In this document: piece after piece, positions 13,938-23,952 of the stretch
Numbering within the stretch: the stretch's first letter is position 1
How the letters are laid out: every line of letters starts with the position of its first letter
Source: a virus
Taxonomy: Duplodnaviria > Caudoviricetes
Virus record (IMG/VR): IMGVR_UViG_3300025087_000234
Location: 1-32,261 of that record
Length of the DNA stretch: 32,261 bases
Strand: one strand, 5' to 3'
Made by a program: the position numbers and the translations under genes
The notes under the pieces: model-generated
Database searches by the model: none
Seen by the model: only the letters and a program-made list of their open reading frames with translations
Told to the model about the DNA's origin: nothing

Positions 13938-16211
13938 TTATTTTAATTTATTTTGAGCCTCAATCCGAAGCTTTAGTTTATTTATTTCTTTTTTTGCTTC
14001 TTGGATGGCTTTCTCTTTTTGTTTTCTGGCCGTCTGGTTTGTTGTCTTGTTAAAATCATCGGTCAGGCGATTTACGGTGTCTTCGAGTTCGAGAATTTTG
14101 GGGTCGGTTTTTCTCAGCGCCTTTTTGCCCTCTATAATTATATTTTTTACTCCGCCGTCTTTATCAATATAAAATTCGCCGTTAGTTCGGAATGCTAATG
14201 TTCTCGGGTCAACATTTGCCGACACAATCGTATCACCATAATACGAAGCGCCATTTACTCCTCCGACTTCTTCATCGATCACGCTAGACAAAAAAGTGCC
14301 TGACTCGAAGCCATCATCGGCAATGCTTTTTGCGCTCTTGCTATCTGTGCCGTGATACATTTTTATTGTTCCGTCTTGGTTTGTTTTGTAAGGGATTTCA
14401 AATTCATCGAGAATTCCTGCCAGTCTGTCTTGGGCTTCTTTAATGTCGGTCGGCGCTTTTTCCCATAAAATATCATATCCGTCAAACATATCATTATATT
14501 CAAGTTTCATCCCAAGCGCTTCAAGTTCTTTGTCGGCCATAGCTTCGACCGCTTTGCTCGGGTTCTTTTCGGTTACAAATTTTTTCACGTTTTGCGCTTT
14601 CACGGACACGTCTTTTATGCTTAACCCAGCTGGCATATTTTTTAAATCATCAATATTCCCACCGAATATGCGCTCGCCGATTGCCCCCCTTTGCGCTGGT
14701 TTTTGTAAGTTTTCGCCTGCCCGATGTAAAAATGACATAAAGCGACCGCTCTTTGATAACTTTGAAATCCCGAGAAGCGCCAAGGCTTTCGGGTTAAATA
14801 CTGCGCCTAGTCCAAGTATCGAATCAGTAAGGCTTAATGCGTTGTTTCGGTCTGCAACTGGCATTCTGCGGATGACTGCGCTCTTAATCGGTATCAGCTC
14901 GCTCATGGCTTTATTCAGTTCCCCGATATTTTTCACGCCTGATTGTTTTCCGACTGTTTCAATCTCTTTTTTAAGCACATCGTAAAAAGTGTTATAAACT
15001 GTTTCGATCGGTTTTGCATCTGGCGAAGTAAGCCAGTGCCATGCGCCTTTCGTGCCAGCGCCCTGCTTGATCAGGTTCGATTCGTACAACCCTGCTTTAT
15101 AGCTTCCCTCGGTTACGTCTGCCACATCATCCACTAAGTTTTTAAATATTCTTTTTATGCCACCAGCGTCTGCAAAGTTTTTAAACACCTCATCGTTTAT
15201 CCCTTGCCCGAGCTTAGCTTGCGCTTCCGTGCGTATGCCGTCTACTGTTTTGGCTCCAAGGCTTTTATTGAATAATCTTTTTTCGGTTTCTTTCAGTACC
15301 TTGGCCAGATCGGTTTCGACGTTTGAGTTTTTCAATCCTGTTTTCAGTTGAGCGTACAAGCCATTCAATTTGTTTTCCGTCTTTGCCAAAATCTGCCCGA
15401 GGTTTCCGCTCACGTCATGCTTAAATATATTTTTAACATCAAAGCCGTTATCGATGTCGGATTTGTATGGTTTAATAATTTTAAATAATCCCTCCTCGCT
15501 CGACTTGGTAACACTTTTTCCCATCGCACTCTTTATCGGTTTTGCCAATGCAGAAAAAGCGGCACCAGCAAGCGGAAAAGCGGCACCTATCAAGGCACCT
15601 GTCTTAGCGTCATCATCAAACGCTCCTTTTTGTATTGCGGTCTGGCCACCTATCGCCGTTGCCTCAATCGCCGTTCGGGTCAAAAGGTTTGCGCCTTTTT
15701 CCAACTTTGCTATCTTGGCGCTTGGCGCAAAAAATTCCAATATCTGCTCAGTCATGAAGCCTGCCTTTTCCCACGGGTTGTCATCTGGTTTTGTCAGGTT
15801 GCCCTCGGCCATTCCAAGCTTTCGCTCTACGGCGTTTACCAGTTGGTCGGCGGAAGATTTTTCGGTCTTCGCAAAGCCAAGCTTTTCCTCCCAGCTTTTT
15901 GGGGTAACTATTCTGCCTATGCCTTTAATTATATTTTCACCAAGCGTGCTGGCTCCTCTGAGCGTTGATATTCCGCCTTTAACAATACCTTGCCCAAATT
16001 GCTCGGCATTATTATAAAATCCGCCCTCTTTTTCAGCTCCCGACCATGTCGGGTTTAGGTTTGCGTATTTGCTTGCCCATTCGCTGTTTTGGGTCGGGCT
16101 AGCTTGAAAATCGCCCATTTCTTGGAGTAATCTGTTCTGTGTAGAACCTTTTGGCGCAGGCGTAGCCTGCATTTCTTGTAATAATCTATTGGCCATATTT
16201 TTGTTATGCAA
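13938..16211 (-). CDS. Putative DNA-ejection/internal virion protein with C-terminal ADP-ribosyltransferase-like domain
   Basis: Ala/Gly-rich amphipathic core at the P22 ejection-gene position; MYHGT..GF..GTFLSS..ASYYG..GEF. Confidence 0.65.
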   Translation of the reverse strand: MHNKNMANRLLQEMQATPAPKGSTQNRLLQEMGDFQASPTQNSEWASKYANLNPTWSGAEKEGGFYNNAEQFGQGIVKGGISTLRGASTLGENIIKGIGRIVTPKSWEEKLGFAKTEKSSADQLVNAVERKLGMAEGNLTKPDDNPWEKAGFMTEQILEFFAPSAKIAKLEKGANLLTRTAIEATAIGGQTAIQKGAFDDDAKTGALIGAAFPLAGAAFSALAKPIKSAMGKSVTKSSEEGLFKIIKPYKSDIDNGFDVKNIFKHDVSGNLGQILAKTENKLNGLYAQLKTGLKNSNVETDLAKVLKETEKRLFNKSLGAKTVDGIRTEAQAKLGQGINDEVFKNFADAGGIKRIFKNLVDDVADVTEGSYKAGLYESNLIKQGAGTKGAWHWLTSPDAKPIETVYNTFYDVLKKEIETVGKQSGVKNIGELNKAMSELIPIKSAVIRRMPVADRNNALSLTDSILGLGAVFNPKALALLGISKLSKSGRFMSFLHRAGENLQKPAQRGAIGERIFGGNIDDLKNMPAGLSIKDVSVKAQNVKKFVTEKNPSKAVEAMADKELEALGMKLEYNDMFDGYDILWEKAPTDIKEAQDRLAGILDEFEIPYKTNQDGTIKMYHGTDSKSAKSIADDGFESGTFLSSVIDEEVGGVNGASYYGDTIVSANVDPRTLAFRTNGEFYIDKDGGVKNIIIEGKKALRKTDPKILELEDTVNRLTDDFNKTTNQTARKQKEKAIQEAKKEINKLKLRIEAQNKLK

Positions 16212-18570
16212 AATATTGTTTTAATTGAGAACCGCCCTCATTGGTATACATTTTTGCGATGGTGTTTTTCTTTTGCTGGTAGGTCATTCCATCCCATTGG
16301 CTCTTTGGCATGTTGATGTACGACCATCTTTGTTTTCCGCTCGCTGTCTGGAAGCCGATTTTGTCAATCACTTTTATCGTGGTTGCGATCGGGTCACCGA
16401 GAATAGTTGCAGTTTTCAGGTTCGGGTTATTCGGAAATGGGTCGCCTACTTCATAATCCACACCCTCTTTCAACCCTGCCTGTTTTGCTATGTCGGTCGT
16501 GAATGCTGTCGGGTTGTTGTGACGATCGGTTCTCATTCCTGTCGTGGAGGCGCTACTCATTTTTTTTTTACTCAGTAGCCATTGTCTGACCGCTGATTCA
16601 CCTTGCTGTTTTATTGCTTCTTGGATTTCCTCATCCGAGAACCCTGCTTCTTGACCGATATCGAGCGTTGGCCGACTATCTTCCTGCATTAATCCACCAG
16701 AATAATTACTGATATAATCGGTTCCATCAGCCTTTCCAGTTATGCGGTCAATTCTTCGGCCATATTCGTTGGTCAGGTTTTTGTATGATGATTCCGTGCC
16801 AGTAAACTTTTTGGCAATCGTGGCCTTTATGTTCTGAACGGCTTGCTGTGATAAGAATTGCTGGTTATTTACTACCCTCATAGCGTTAAATCCGAAGCTC
16901 TCAATCCAGCTCTGCGCATATTTTTGCACCGTGGCATACTCGCCCTCTCGGACTACGCTGGTTGGATCCATTGCCTTGGCGAATGCATAAATCAAGGCTT
17001 GGTTATCAGCTGGGTTTTTGGTATCGTCTGGTATCTGGCTGATCATGTTTACGCTCTCGACTAATTGGGCATAATTCTTCACGGTTTGCTCACCATCAAA
17101 CTGGTTGGCAATCTTATCTACTCGGCCTGCTACGGATGTCGGTAGGTCGCCAGTTTCTCTTTTAGCTTTATCAATATCAAGCCCCAGCTTTTGAAGTTCA
17201 AGCTGTTGCTTAGTCGCCTCGTATGATAATTTATCAAGGTTTTTGTCTGCCTTGGCTTTTAAATAGTCAGGAACGTACCGCAAATTCTCAGCCTGTTTAG
17301 ACTGAGTCAATGCCGTCACCTGTTTTTCGGCTTGATTCAATAAATAATTCAATTTGCTGGCGTTTAGGGTCTGGTCTTCTTCCAGCTGGCTGGCATATCT
17401 TGTCATCACTTTTTCGATTTCATCCACTCCGCCGTTATAGGTGTCAAGATAACCTTGGCGCTCGTCTAGGAGGTTATTCAGTTCGCTCTGTGCTGTTTCA
17501 TTCAAATTTCTTATTCTGCCACCCCTTGAAGCTTGGCTCAACCATGGGTTGTTTTGCAATTCGGCCGTGCCTGCCGTTATCTGCTCTTTTTTCTCGGCAA
17601 TTTTCTTGTCAATTTCCGCAATCTGATTTTTCAGGTTCGGCAATTCCGAGGAGTTGTATGCTTCTTGGTATATTTGTTCGCTGGTCTTGCTCGGCTTTGT
17701 GTATAGACTGTTAACTACGTCAGGAATGCCAAGGTCATTCTCAATTTTGCTTCTCTCGTCAGATGACACTTGGTTATAAGCATTTAAAAGACTTAGTGTT
17801 TGCTCAGGCGACAGATCTGCTTGCCCTGCGTATGTCAGAATATCCCGAATGCCTTGGTCTTGTGTATCGAATGGAATACCTGCGCTTGGAACGCCCTGAT
17901 CAGCTCCGCTCATATCACCTGCACCAGCGCCTCCGTTTACTGGTATGCCGTACATGGTGTTGCCAATTTTCTGATATCTGGTAAATTGGTTGATTTTACT
18001 CGGGTCTGGTATGGCCTGATAGCCTTTTTGTATCTCAGAAGCCCTGCCAGTCCAGTTTTTTGCCCAGTCATCGGGGGTTATAGCCTTATCGGTGCTTGCA
18101 TCAAAAATAGTCTGCCCTATGCGGTAGAATTGCTTTTGCTGTGCCTCGGGAGCCGTGTTTTGCGGTGTCGGGGTCGGTGTTGGTGCTATTTTGTTCTGAT
18201 TAGGCTGATTATTTCCAATTATGTCAACTTTACCGTTGCCAAAATTTGGCTCTATAACGCTCACTGTGGGGTTCTTGCCTGCGAATGGGTCAACTATCGA
18301 AACACCCCCACTTTGTTTATTCTGGGGCAGTCCTATCGCAATGGGAGTAGAATTTGCGGACTGTTCGGCTGGGATGTAGCGGTTTACGTTCTGGTCGTTC
18401 GGATTATAGTTCGGATTCAACTGAAAACTGCCACCAGTTGGCACCGTTGGCGCTTTCACTTCCGTGGCTCGCCCTGTCCAATTCTTTGCCCAGTCCGTAG
18501 CCCCTATTTTTTGATTATTCGAGGCGTTGTAAATATCTACGCCCTGACGATAAAATGTTTGAGTTGCCAT
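16204..18570 (-). CDS. Putative DNA-ejection protein with repeats, coiled coil and lysozyme-like C-terminus
   Basis: Gln-rich coiled coil; AKAMDPTSVVREGEY motif; RHNNPTA..MYTNEGG tail. Confidence 0.65.
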   Translation of the reverse strand: MATQTFYRQGVDIYNASNNQKIGATDWAKNWTGRATEVKAPTVPTGGSFQLNPNYNPNDQNVNRYIPAEQSANSTPIAIGLPQNKQSGGVSIVDPFAGKNPTVSVIEPNFGNGKVDIIGNNQPNQNKIAPTPTPTPQNTAPEAQQKQFYRIGQTIFDASTDKAITPDDWAKNWTGRASEIQKGYQAIPDPSKINQFTRYQKIGNTMYGIPVNGGAGAGDMSGADQGVPSAGIPFDTQDQGIRDILTYAGQADLSPEQTLSLLNAYNQVSSDERSKIENDLGIPDVVNSLYTKPSKTSEQIYQEAYNSSELPNLKNQIAEIDKKIAEKKEQITAGTAELQNNPWLSQASRGGRIRNLNETAQSELNNLLDERQGYLDTYNGGVDEIEKVMTRYASQLEEDQTLNASKLNYLLNQAEKQVTALTQSKQAENLRYVPDYLKAKADKNLDKLSYEATKQQLELQKLGLDIDKAKRETGDLPTSVAGRVDKIANQFDGEQTVKNYAQLVESVNMISQIPDDTKNPADNQALIYAFAKAMDPTSVVREGEYATVQKYAQSWIESFGFNAMRVVNNQQFLSQQAVQNIKATIAKKFTGTESSYKNLTNEYGRRIDRITGKADGTDYISNYSGGLMQEDSRPTLDIGQEAGFSDEEIQEAIKQQGESAVRQWLLSKKKMSSASTTGMRTDRHNNPTAFTTDIAKQAGLKEGVDYEVGDPFPNNPNLKTATILGDPIATTIKVIDKIGFQTASGKQRWSYINMPKSQWDGMTYQQKKNTIAKMYTNEGGSQLKQYFA

Positions 18571-18577
18571 ATTATTA

Positions 18578-19279
18578 TTAATTACAGGTTTCGAACGTGC
18601 CTCGTTTATACCGACCGCCTTTTCTTATCAGTTCGGTATGCTCGAACATGTTATTATTTTTATTTTTATAACTAGCTTGGCGAAGCATGACTTTCTTTTT
18701 GATTATTTCCAATTTCTGCAATGCTTCTTTTTCCATTGTCGCTCCTCGTTCGAACATCGTTCCTCTGGCTTTTTTATAGCAGTCTGCCAATGACAGCTGG
18801 TAGATAACTTCCTCAATATCTGGGTCATTGTAAAATGGCGTTACACCAGTGTCTGTCGTCAGGTCGCTCGGGATTACTTGCCCCCATAGCGAAATGCCAG
18901 CCACTATGTCAGCGGTTGGTTTCGGGTTTATAAAATATTTATTTTGAAAGTCTGTAAATATTTTATCGGTTGCGTTTGCACCCATGTCTTCCTGATATTG
19001 CAAATAATCAGGGTATGCTGTTTTTTTATAATACTCACCATTGAACATCAATTTGCGGATCGTATCCTGCTTCATATTCTCTGGATAATTATACCATTCT
19101 TGGTTTGCCTCGCTGTCACGGTTTACTGCATCTTCGGTTTGTGGCCAGTTGAAGTATCCTGCTACTCTTTTCATGTTGGCGTTTATGCGCCGTTTGATGT
19201 ATGCCAAAGAATAAAAACTATCCGAGCTTGTTACTCCGAGGTCATCGTATATATTTGTTTGGAATTCTAGGAATGTCAT
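18578..19279 (-). CDS. Head-tail adaptor (tail tubular protein A-like)
   Basis: MTFLEFQ..IKRRIN..WP..YNYP..INPKP pattern and gene position. Confidence 0.6.
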   Translation of the reverse strand: MTFLEFQTNIYDDLGVTSSDSFYSLAYIKRRINANMKRVAGYFNWPQTEDAVNRDSEANQEWYNYPENMKQDTIRKLMFNGEYYKKTAYPDYLQYQEDMGANATDKIFTDFQNKYFINPKPTADIVAGISLWGQVIPSDLTTDTGVTPFYNDPDIEEVIYQLSLADCYKKARGTMFERGATMEKEALQKLEIIKKKVMLRQASYKNKNNNMFEHTELIRKGGRYKRGTFETCN

Positions 19280-19285
19280 ATTTTT

Positions 19286-19519
19286 TTATGTTAATGATAT
19301 ATAAGACCAAATGCCTGCCTCAAAACTGTAAATGTATAATCGTTTCACGGTCGGAGTTGTCAGGCTGTCCATGTATAATTTAATTGCCTGCTCAAAATTC
19401 TTCGGCGTATATGTTGGGGCGCTCGTTATGGTTTTGACGTACCCCTTTAGCATATGCAACCATATTGTGCTATCTTCCGATGTTGTTTTTGGTTGTGGGA
19501 TTTTATTCTGATTCGACAT
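19286..19519 (-). CDS. Small tail-associated protein
   Basis: TSAPTYTP..RLYIY..W.Y motif; follows the nozzle-like gene. Confidence 0.5.
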   Translation of the reverse strand: MSNQNKIPQPKTTSEDSTIWLHMLKGYVKTITSAPTYTPKNFEQAIKLYMDSLTTPTVKRLYIYSFEAGIWSYISLT

Positions 19520-20924
19520 ATACTAATGCTTTCTTTAGCCCGACTAGCGCCGAGCCTCCAAAGTTTATTGCTAATTGCAAATCTGATAATAAAATATTGC
19601 AATCTAATCTTTTATAAGAGATAGCTCCGTCTGCTGAATAATCAAGCGTGCCAACTGTTGAGAACGATCCGCTTGGTAGTTGTCTTATCAAACAAGTCAG
19701 GAGCGCTCCGCTTGCCAGTGTTTCCGTAAATAAATCTACACGCCTCACCCAAACCCTACCACCCAGATTTTGTTTTGCAGTCAGCATTGTCGTTCCTGCC
19801 GTCAAAGTGCTGGCCGTGAAGTCCATTCGCACCATTCGGTGCGCTGTGCTATCTCGGTAATTTAAAACTATAGAATTTTGCATAGTCACCAGCATATTTT
19901 TTAGCTCGTATGCGCCTGCCGTGTCGAGTGCGTAATACGGGTAAAAAAATATATTTCCTTTTCCGTTCACATCGCCGTATGCCATCAGGCTCCGCACGTT
20001 GCTTTTAAATTCTGGCACCAGCACCGTGTTTCCTACCGCCGACAATCTTTGCGAATATACTGGTGAGCTAACAAAATCTATTTTTTTTAAAAGCTTCAAT
20101 CCTTGTCCGTTAAAATATCCAAAATTATCACCGTATGTGACATAGTTTATTCCGCCTACGTTTATTGCCCCCTCGACCTGATCGTCAATTTCTATTTCCT
20201 GCAAAAATTCACCTGCGGTCGTGTCGATTATAAATAATTTAGCCCGAGCTTTTTTGCTGTGCGAGTAGTTTGCGGTTGCGCTCACGTATGCCATCAAGTA
20301 TACTCCGTTCGGGTGTTTTACCAGCGCTGTTATATTTACACCCCCAGGCAGTGTCATCCATGCACTTGTGGCCACGCCTGCGACATCGTATGTATGGATT
20401 TCATCTTGGTCTGCAATATATAGCGTGTCTTCAACTATTTCCATTGGATGACGGAATGATCCGCTTAATCCAGATTTTCCTTTTGTCACTGTCCACCAAG
20501 TTTTATCAATACTCGCCATGTCGTTTGTCAGTTTCACTATATCGTCATCACATGTACAAAAAATATCACCGTTAAAAACTTTAATATCTACGTTTCCAAA
20601 ATTATAGGTATGCCCAGCGGTGTCGTCTATCTGTTTGTAAGTCAGCGTGTCACCATCCAACACCCAAAATTTACCGCCATTATCGACAAAATAACCATCG
20701 TTTCCAAGATACGCTGGGTCTAGACAAGAGGCCACCATTTCGTGCGCAAGCGTGCTTCCAGATATTGCTATTGTTATCAGCCCAGGCTGTGGATACATCA
20801 CGGCTCCTTTGCCTTTAAAATAATTGTGGCCTTTGTAGCTCGGAGATAACCCAAGCCCCTCGATGTTGTCATCGAGGAATGTTCCATTTTGGAATACGTT
20901 TGCGCCTATTTCTATAATCTGCAT
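19503..20924 (-). CDS. Tail nozzle / DNA-stabilisation protein (beta-propeller-like)
   Basis: 473 aa, beta-rich, located between fibre and adaptor genes. Confidence 0.55.
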   Translation of the reverse strand: MQIIEIGANVFQNGTFLDDNIEGLGLSPSYKGHNYFKGKGAVMYPQPGLITIAISGSTLAHEMVASCLDPAYLGNDGYFVDNGGKFWVLDGDTLTYKQIDDTAGHTYNFGNVDIKVFNGDIFCTCDDDIVKLTNDMASIDKTWWTVTKGKSGLSGSFRHPMEIVEDTLYIADQDEIHTYDVAGVATSAWMTLPGGVNITALVKHPNGVYLMAYVSATANYSHSKKARAKLFIIDTTAGEFLQEIEIDDQVEGAINVGGINYVTYGDNFGYFNGQGLKLLKKIDFVSSPVYSQRLSAVGNTVLVPEFKSNVRSLMAYGDVNGKGNIFFYPYYALDTAGAYELKNMLVTMQNSIVLNYRDSTAHRMVRMDFTASTLTAGTTMLTAKQNLGGRVWVRRVDLFTETLASGALLTCLIRQLPSGSFSTVGTLDYSADGAISYKRLDCNILLSDLQLAINFGGSALVGLKKALVYVESE

Positions 20925-20927
20925 ATT

Positions 20928-22952
20928 TTAGATATCAAAATATTTTTTAATATATGTGCCGACTTTCTCGGCGTATTTTTTTACGTACTTCATATTTACA
21001 CCGTTTTTCTTTCCGTATAACCTATCCAACCAAGCGATTGATTCTTGTAAAAGTCTTCCGATCATGATTGCGCCTCTGCTCACGACATCGGTATACGTGG
21101 CCGTTTCCGTTAATGTTTTAAAAAGCGTTTTTATTTTTGCCACCGTATCTGTATAGGTTGCGCTTTCTAAAAAATATTTGCCGATTGTCTTCAAAATGTT
21201 TAGGCTATCCGTACTGGTTGACACTTCCGCTATTCTCTTTCCTGTTTGTTTTTTCGTCAGCAAATCTGTCCATGTTAAGCTCTCGGTTATTGCTTTGGCT
21301 AATGCGTATATACTCGCCACCGTGTCAGTCCACGTTGAGCTTTCAGTGTTTCTTTTTCCGATCAGCTTCGCTACGACCGAAGTGTATGTGCTGGCCTCGG
21401 TTATTCTCTTGGCTGTTTGTTTTTTTGTTACCGTGTCGGAATATGTCGAAGCTTCGGTTATTGATTTTGTGTATGCCGTCCCTGTCGTATAAGTTACTTC
21501 AAGGTAGGGGTCTTTATCTGTTCCTGTTTGTTCGGAAAAATATCCATCAACGTGGACTGCTTTGTCGGTACTCCAAGTTGGACTATTTCCCCCCAAATCA
21601 TAATACGTTTCTCTCGCACCAATTTTTGTTTTTCCAGTTTTACTTATTGCAGAGATGCCAGTTGAGTTTAGAGAAAATGTATTATATCCTGTTATGGAAA
21701 AAGAGGAATAGCTAATTTCAGTATCACAGTATGCTGAACTTCCAAGACTGTCATAATCGCCAGCTGCTAATGCCGTTTCACTAGCAGGGGCTGCGCTATA
21801 AAGATTTAAAGCAGCACTGCTCCACATACTTCCCTCATTTAATTTTGCGTTTCCGTAAAACTTAAATGAAGCACTAGAAATAGAAGCCCCAGAAGTTAAT
21901 GACGATGTATCAAAAATAAAAATACTTCGCATTATATAGCGATAATAGGCGGAGTTTACGTCCGAGGTTATTCCAAAAATATAGATTGAAGCATCCGTGT
22001 CCCAAACAGTATTGCCAACACCGCTTCTCAACTGTGCCAACGAATAGGCGTTTGTTCCAGTTGTATAGTATTGAGCAACTATTCCGTCAACTGTCGGATA
22101 ATACGTGGTTGTCGTATCAGTAAAAACTCTCCCCTCTGCTTTCTTCAAAAAATCAAGCGGTATGGTTTTTTCTAAATATGTTTTTCCATTCTCTTGAAAT
22201 ATTCTTGCACCAACAATTATTTTATTGCCTTTGCTATCCCACGCTCGAAAAGATTTTAAATATGTGAACCATTCCTTGCCGTCATTTTGCGTATCGCCGA
22301 TTAAGGTTTGTTTATCGCTGTCAAACGCTTTTGCTTTTGTAACATCAAGTTTATACGATAAAGTCTTGCCGTCTTTTATGACTTCAAATTCATTATCCTT
22401 TATTGATTTTTCGACAATCTCTTTGCTTTCTGCACGATAAACATCTTTGTTTGGCAACTGTATTTCCCAGCGGAATTTCACGTCTTCGGTTTGCTCGTTC
22501 GGATTATTTACAGTTGCGACTTTTACCAAAGATGAGCGGGTATGATAGAGTAAATAATCTTTTCCTTTTCCGAAAGCGTCTTTATAAAGCACACCTTTAT
22601 TATCTGGATTATTATCAAAGTTCGGGTTGGTTTCATCGGTTTCAATCAGCTCGCCTTTTACCTTATCGCAAACAGCCCGATATTTAATCGTCTGGTCTTT
22701 GTCTTGAAATCTATCACGAAATTCAACAAAGCCGTCTGAATATTCTGGTAAAAAAGGATTGAAAGAGTGAGTAGTAAAACCCCAGCCTCTTTTTACTTCA
22801 TCCCAAATTAAATCCCAGCTTATCTCTTTAAAATCAGCGCCGTCTTTGTAATGGATATGTCCTGCGTGGGATTGTAAAACTTTCTTGCCAACTTCTGTGT
22901 CGTGCAAGAATGTTTTACTGTTGTAATTTCTTTGTTGAGATAGTTCTATCAT
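20928..22952 (-). CDS. Receptor-binding/fibre protein: WapA/Rhs-N-like domain, DNRLRE-like domain and C-terminal repeats
   Basis: IHYKD..FKEI; RSIFIFDTSSL..ISSASF..DPYLEVTY; eight ~19-aa repeats. Confidence 0.6.
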   Translation of the reverse strand: MIELSQQRNYNSKTFLHDTEVGKKVLQSHAGHIHYKDGADFKEISWDLIWDEVKRGWGFTTHSFNPFLPEYSDGFVEFRDRFQDKDQTIKYRAVCDKVKGELIETDETNPNFDNNPDNKGVLYKDAFGKGKDYLLYHTRSSLVKVATVNNPNEQTEDVKFRWEIQLPNKDVYRAESKEIVEKSIKDNEFEVIKDGKTLSYKLDVTKAKAFDSDKQTLIGDTQNDGKEWFTYLKSFRAWDSKGNKIIVGARIFQENGKTYLEKTIPLDFLKKAEGRVFTDTTTTYYPTVDGIVAQYYTTGTNAYSLAQLRSGVGNTVWDTDASIYIFGITSDVNSAYYRYIMRSIFIFDTSSLTSGASISSASFKFYGNAKLNEGSMWSSAALNLYSAAPASETALAAGDYDSLGSSAYCDTEISYSSFSITGYNTFSLNSTGISAISKTGKTKIGARETYYDLGGNSPTWSTDKAVHVDGYFSEQTGTDKDPYLEVTYTTGTAYTKSITEASTYSDTVTKKQTAKRITEASTYTSVVAKLIGKRNTESSTWTDTVASIYALAKAITESLTWTDLLTKKQTGKRIAEVSTSTDSLNILKTIGKYFLESATYTDTVAKIKTLFKTLTETATYTDVVSRGAIMIGRLLQESIAWLDRLYGKKNGVNMKYVKKYAEKVGTYIKKYFDI
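21010..21480 (-). repeat. Eight tandem ~18-21 aa protein repeats, consensus K-x-x-x-E-[AS]-x-T-[YW]-T-D
   Basis: KSITEASTYSD, KRITEASTYTS, KRNTESSTWTD, KAITESLTWTD, KRIAEVSTSTD, KYFLESATYTD, KTLTETATYTD, RLLQESIAWLD. Confidence 0.85.
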
Positions 22953-22968
22953 ATTTATTTTCTAATCC

Positions 22969-22992
22969 CAGCTCCCTGTTTCCAAGGAGCTG
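22969..22992 (-). promoter_or_regulatory. GAAA-tetraloop hairpin without U-tract
   Basis: CAGCTCCTTG-GAAA-CAGGGAGCTG. Confidence 0.7.
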
Positions 22993-23003
22993 TACATCAG
23001 GAA

Positions 23004-23636
23004 CTAAGCATTTGAAACATCTACCGTGATTTGCAAACTATCTCCGCTTGCCACCGCTACAGCCGTAAAGACTTGGCGGTTCAAAAGCGTTCCAGTGGAG
23101 CCTGCATTTAATACGCCTGCCTCTGTTACGTTAAACGAACCTGTAAACGTGAATGTGTTTACCAGTCTTGCCGTGTCGTTGGTTACGGTTGTGGTTGTTC
23201 TGGAAGCGGTCGAGTTAGCACGCTGTCCGCCTGCGGTTGTGATTTCCGATTCCAGTGCGGTGTTACCGACTGCGGCCGCAGTTGTGCCGATACCGATTGC
23301 GATATAGGTAAAAGCGGCCTCAGCGCCGTTGCCATTTACCCTGCTCGCTAAGCCTGCTTTGCCAGCGCTCGTGATCAGGTTGGCCACGCTCATCCGTTCT
23401 ACCCACATGCCAGTGATGAATGGAATCCGTACACCGAACAATGCGATCTTAGCCAACAGGCCAGATTTTACTTCGCCTGCCTCGTTGTACGGGTTGTATC
23501 TTGCTCTGACAAATTTTACGATAGCAGTATTCAAAAATCCATCCTTAAACAATTTTTTGATATTGCCAGCTTTGTCACGCAATTCGTACACGAAGTTTTC
23601 TTGATAATTAACTTTTGCTTTATTGATTTTGTTCAT
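23004..23636 (-). CDS. Tail collar/fibre-like structural protein (DUF3751-like)
   Basis: NLITSAG..YIAIG.G..TALESE..VTEAGV..GTLL.R.VF..GDSLQIT. Confidence 0.65.
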   Translation of the reverse strand: MNKINKAKVNYQENFVYELRDKAGNIKKLFKDGFLNTAIVKFVRARYNPYNEAGEVKSGLLAKIALFGVRIPFITGMWVERMSVANLITSAGKAGLASRVNGNGAEAAFTYIAIGIGTTAAAVGNTALESEITTAGGQRANSTASRTTTTVTNDTARLVNTFTFTGSFNVTEAGVLNAGSTGTLLNRQVFTAVAVASGDSLQITVDVSNA

Positions 23637-23640
23637 ATGT

Positions 23641-23952
23641 TTATTGCTCGTTAATTTCTAGGTCAGCCAATTCGTTGACTGTGTCCTGAGCTATTTTTTC
23701 GACCTTTTCAGCTTCTTCGCTGGCCACGGCGTTTTCCGCCTCTATTTTCATGTTGCCAAGCGTGTTGCTGATTTCGCTAGTAATTTGTTCCACTGGCGTT
23801 CCAATAGGATAGCCGAATTTCTTTGTTTCGATGATCTGTTCATCGGCATAGATTTCGACCTCCACATCGATAAACTTTTCGCCAGTGGCGACCACCGTGT
23901 CAACACGAGAAGTCTTTATTTTTGCCCTTAGGCTTGTTTCTGCGTTTATCAT
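23641..23952 (-). CDS. Hypothetical protein, structural module
   Basis: 103 aa acidic ORF after the capsid gene. Confidence 0.65.
   Translation of the reverse strand: MINAETSLRAKIKTSRVDTVVATGEKFIDVEVEIYADEQIIETKKFGYPIGTPVEQITSEISNTLGNMKIEAENAVASEEAEKVEKIAQDTVNELADLEINEQ

Noticed and set aside
21480-22115. Diversity-generating retroelement target in the fibre gene
   Set aside because: No reverse transcriptase and no template-repeat/variable-repeat pair seen in the window
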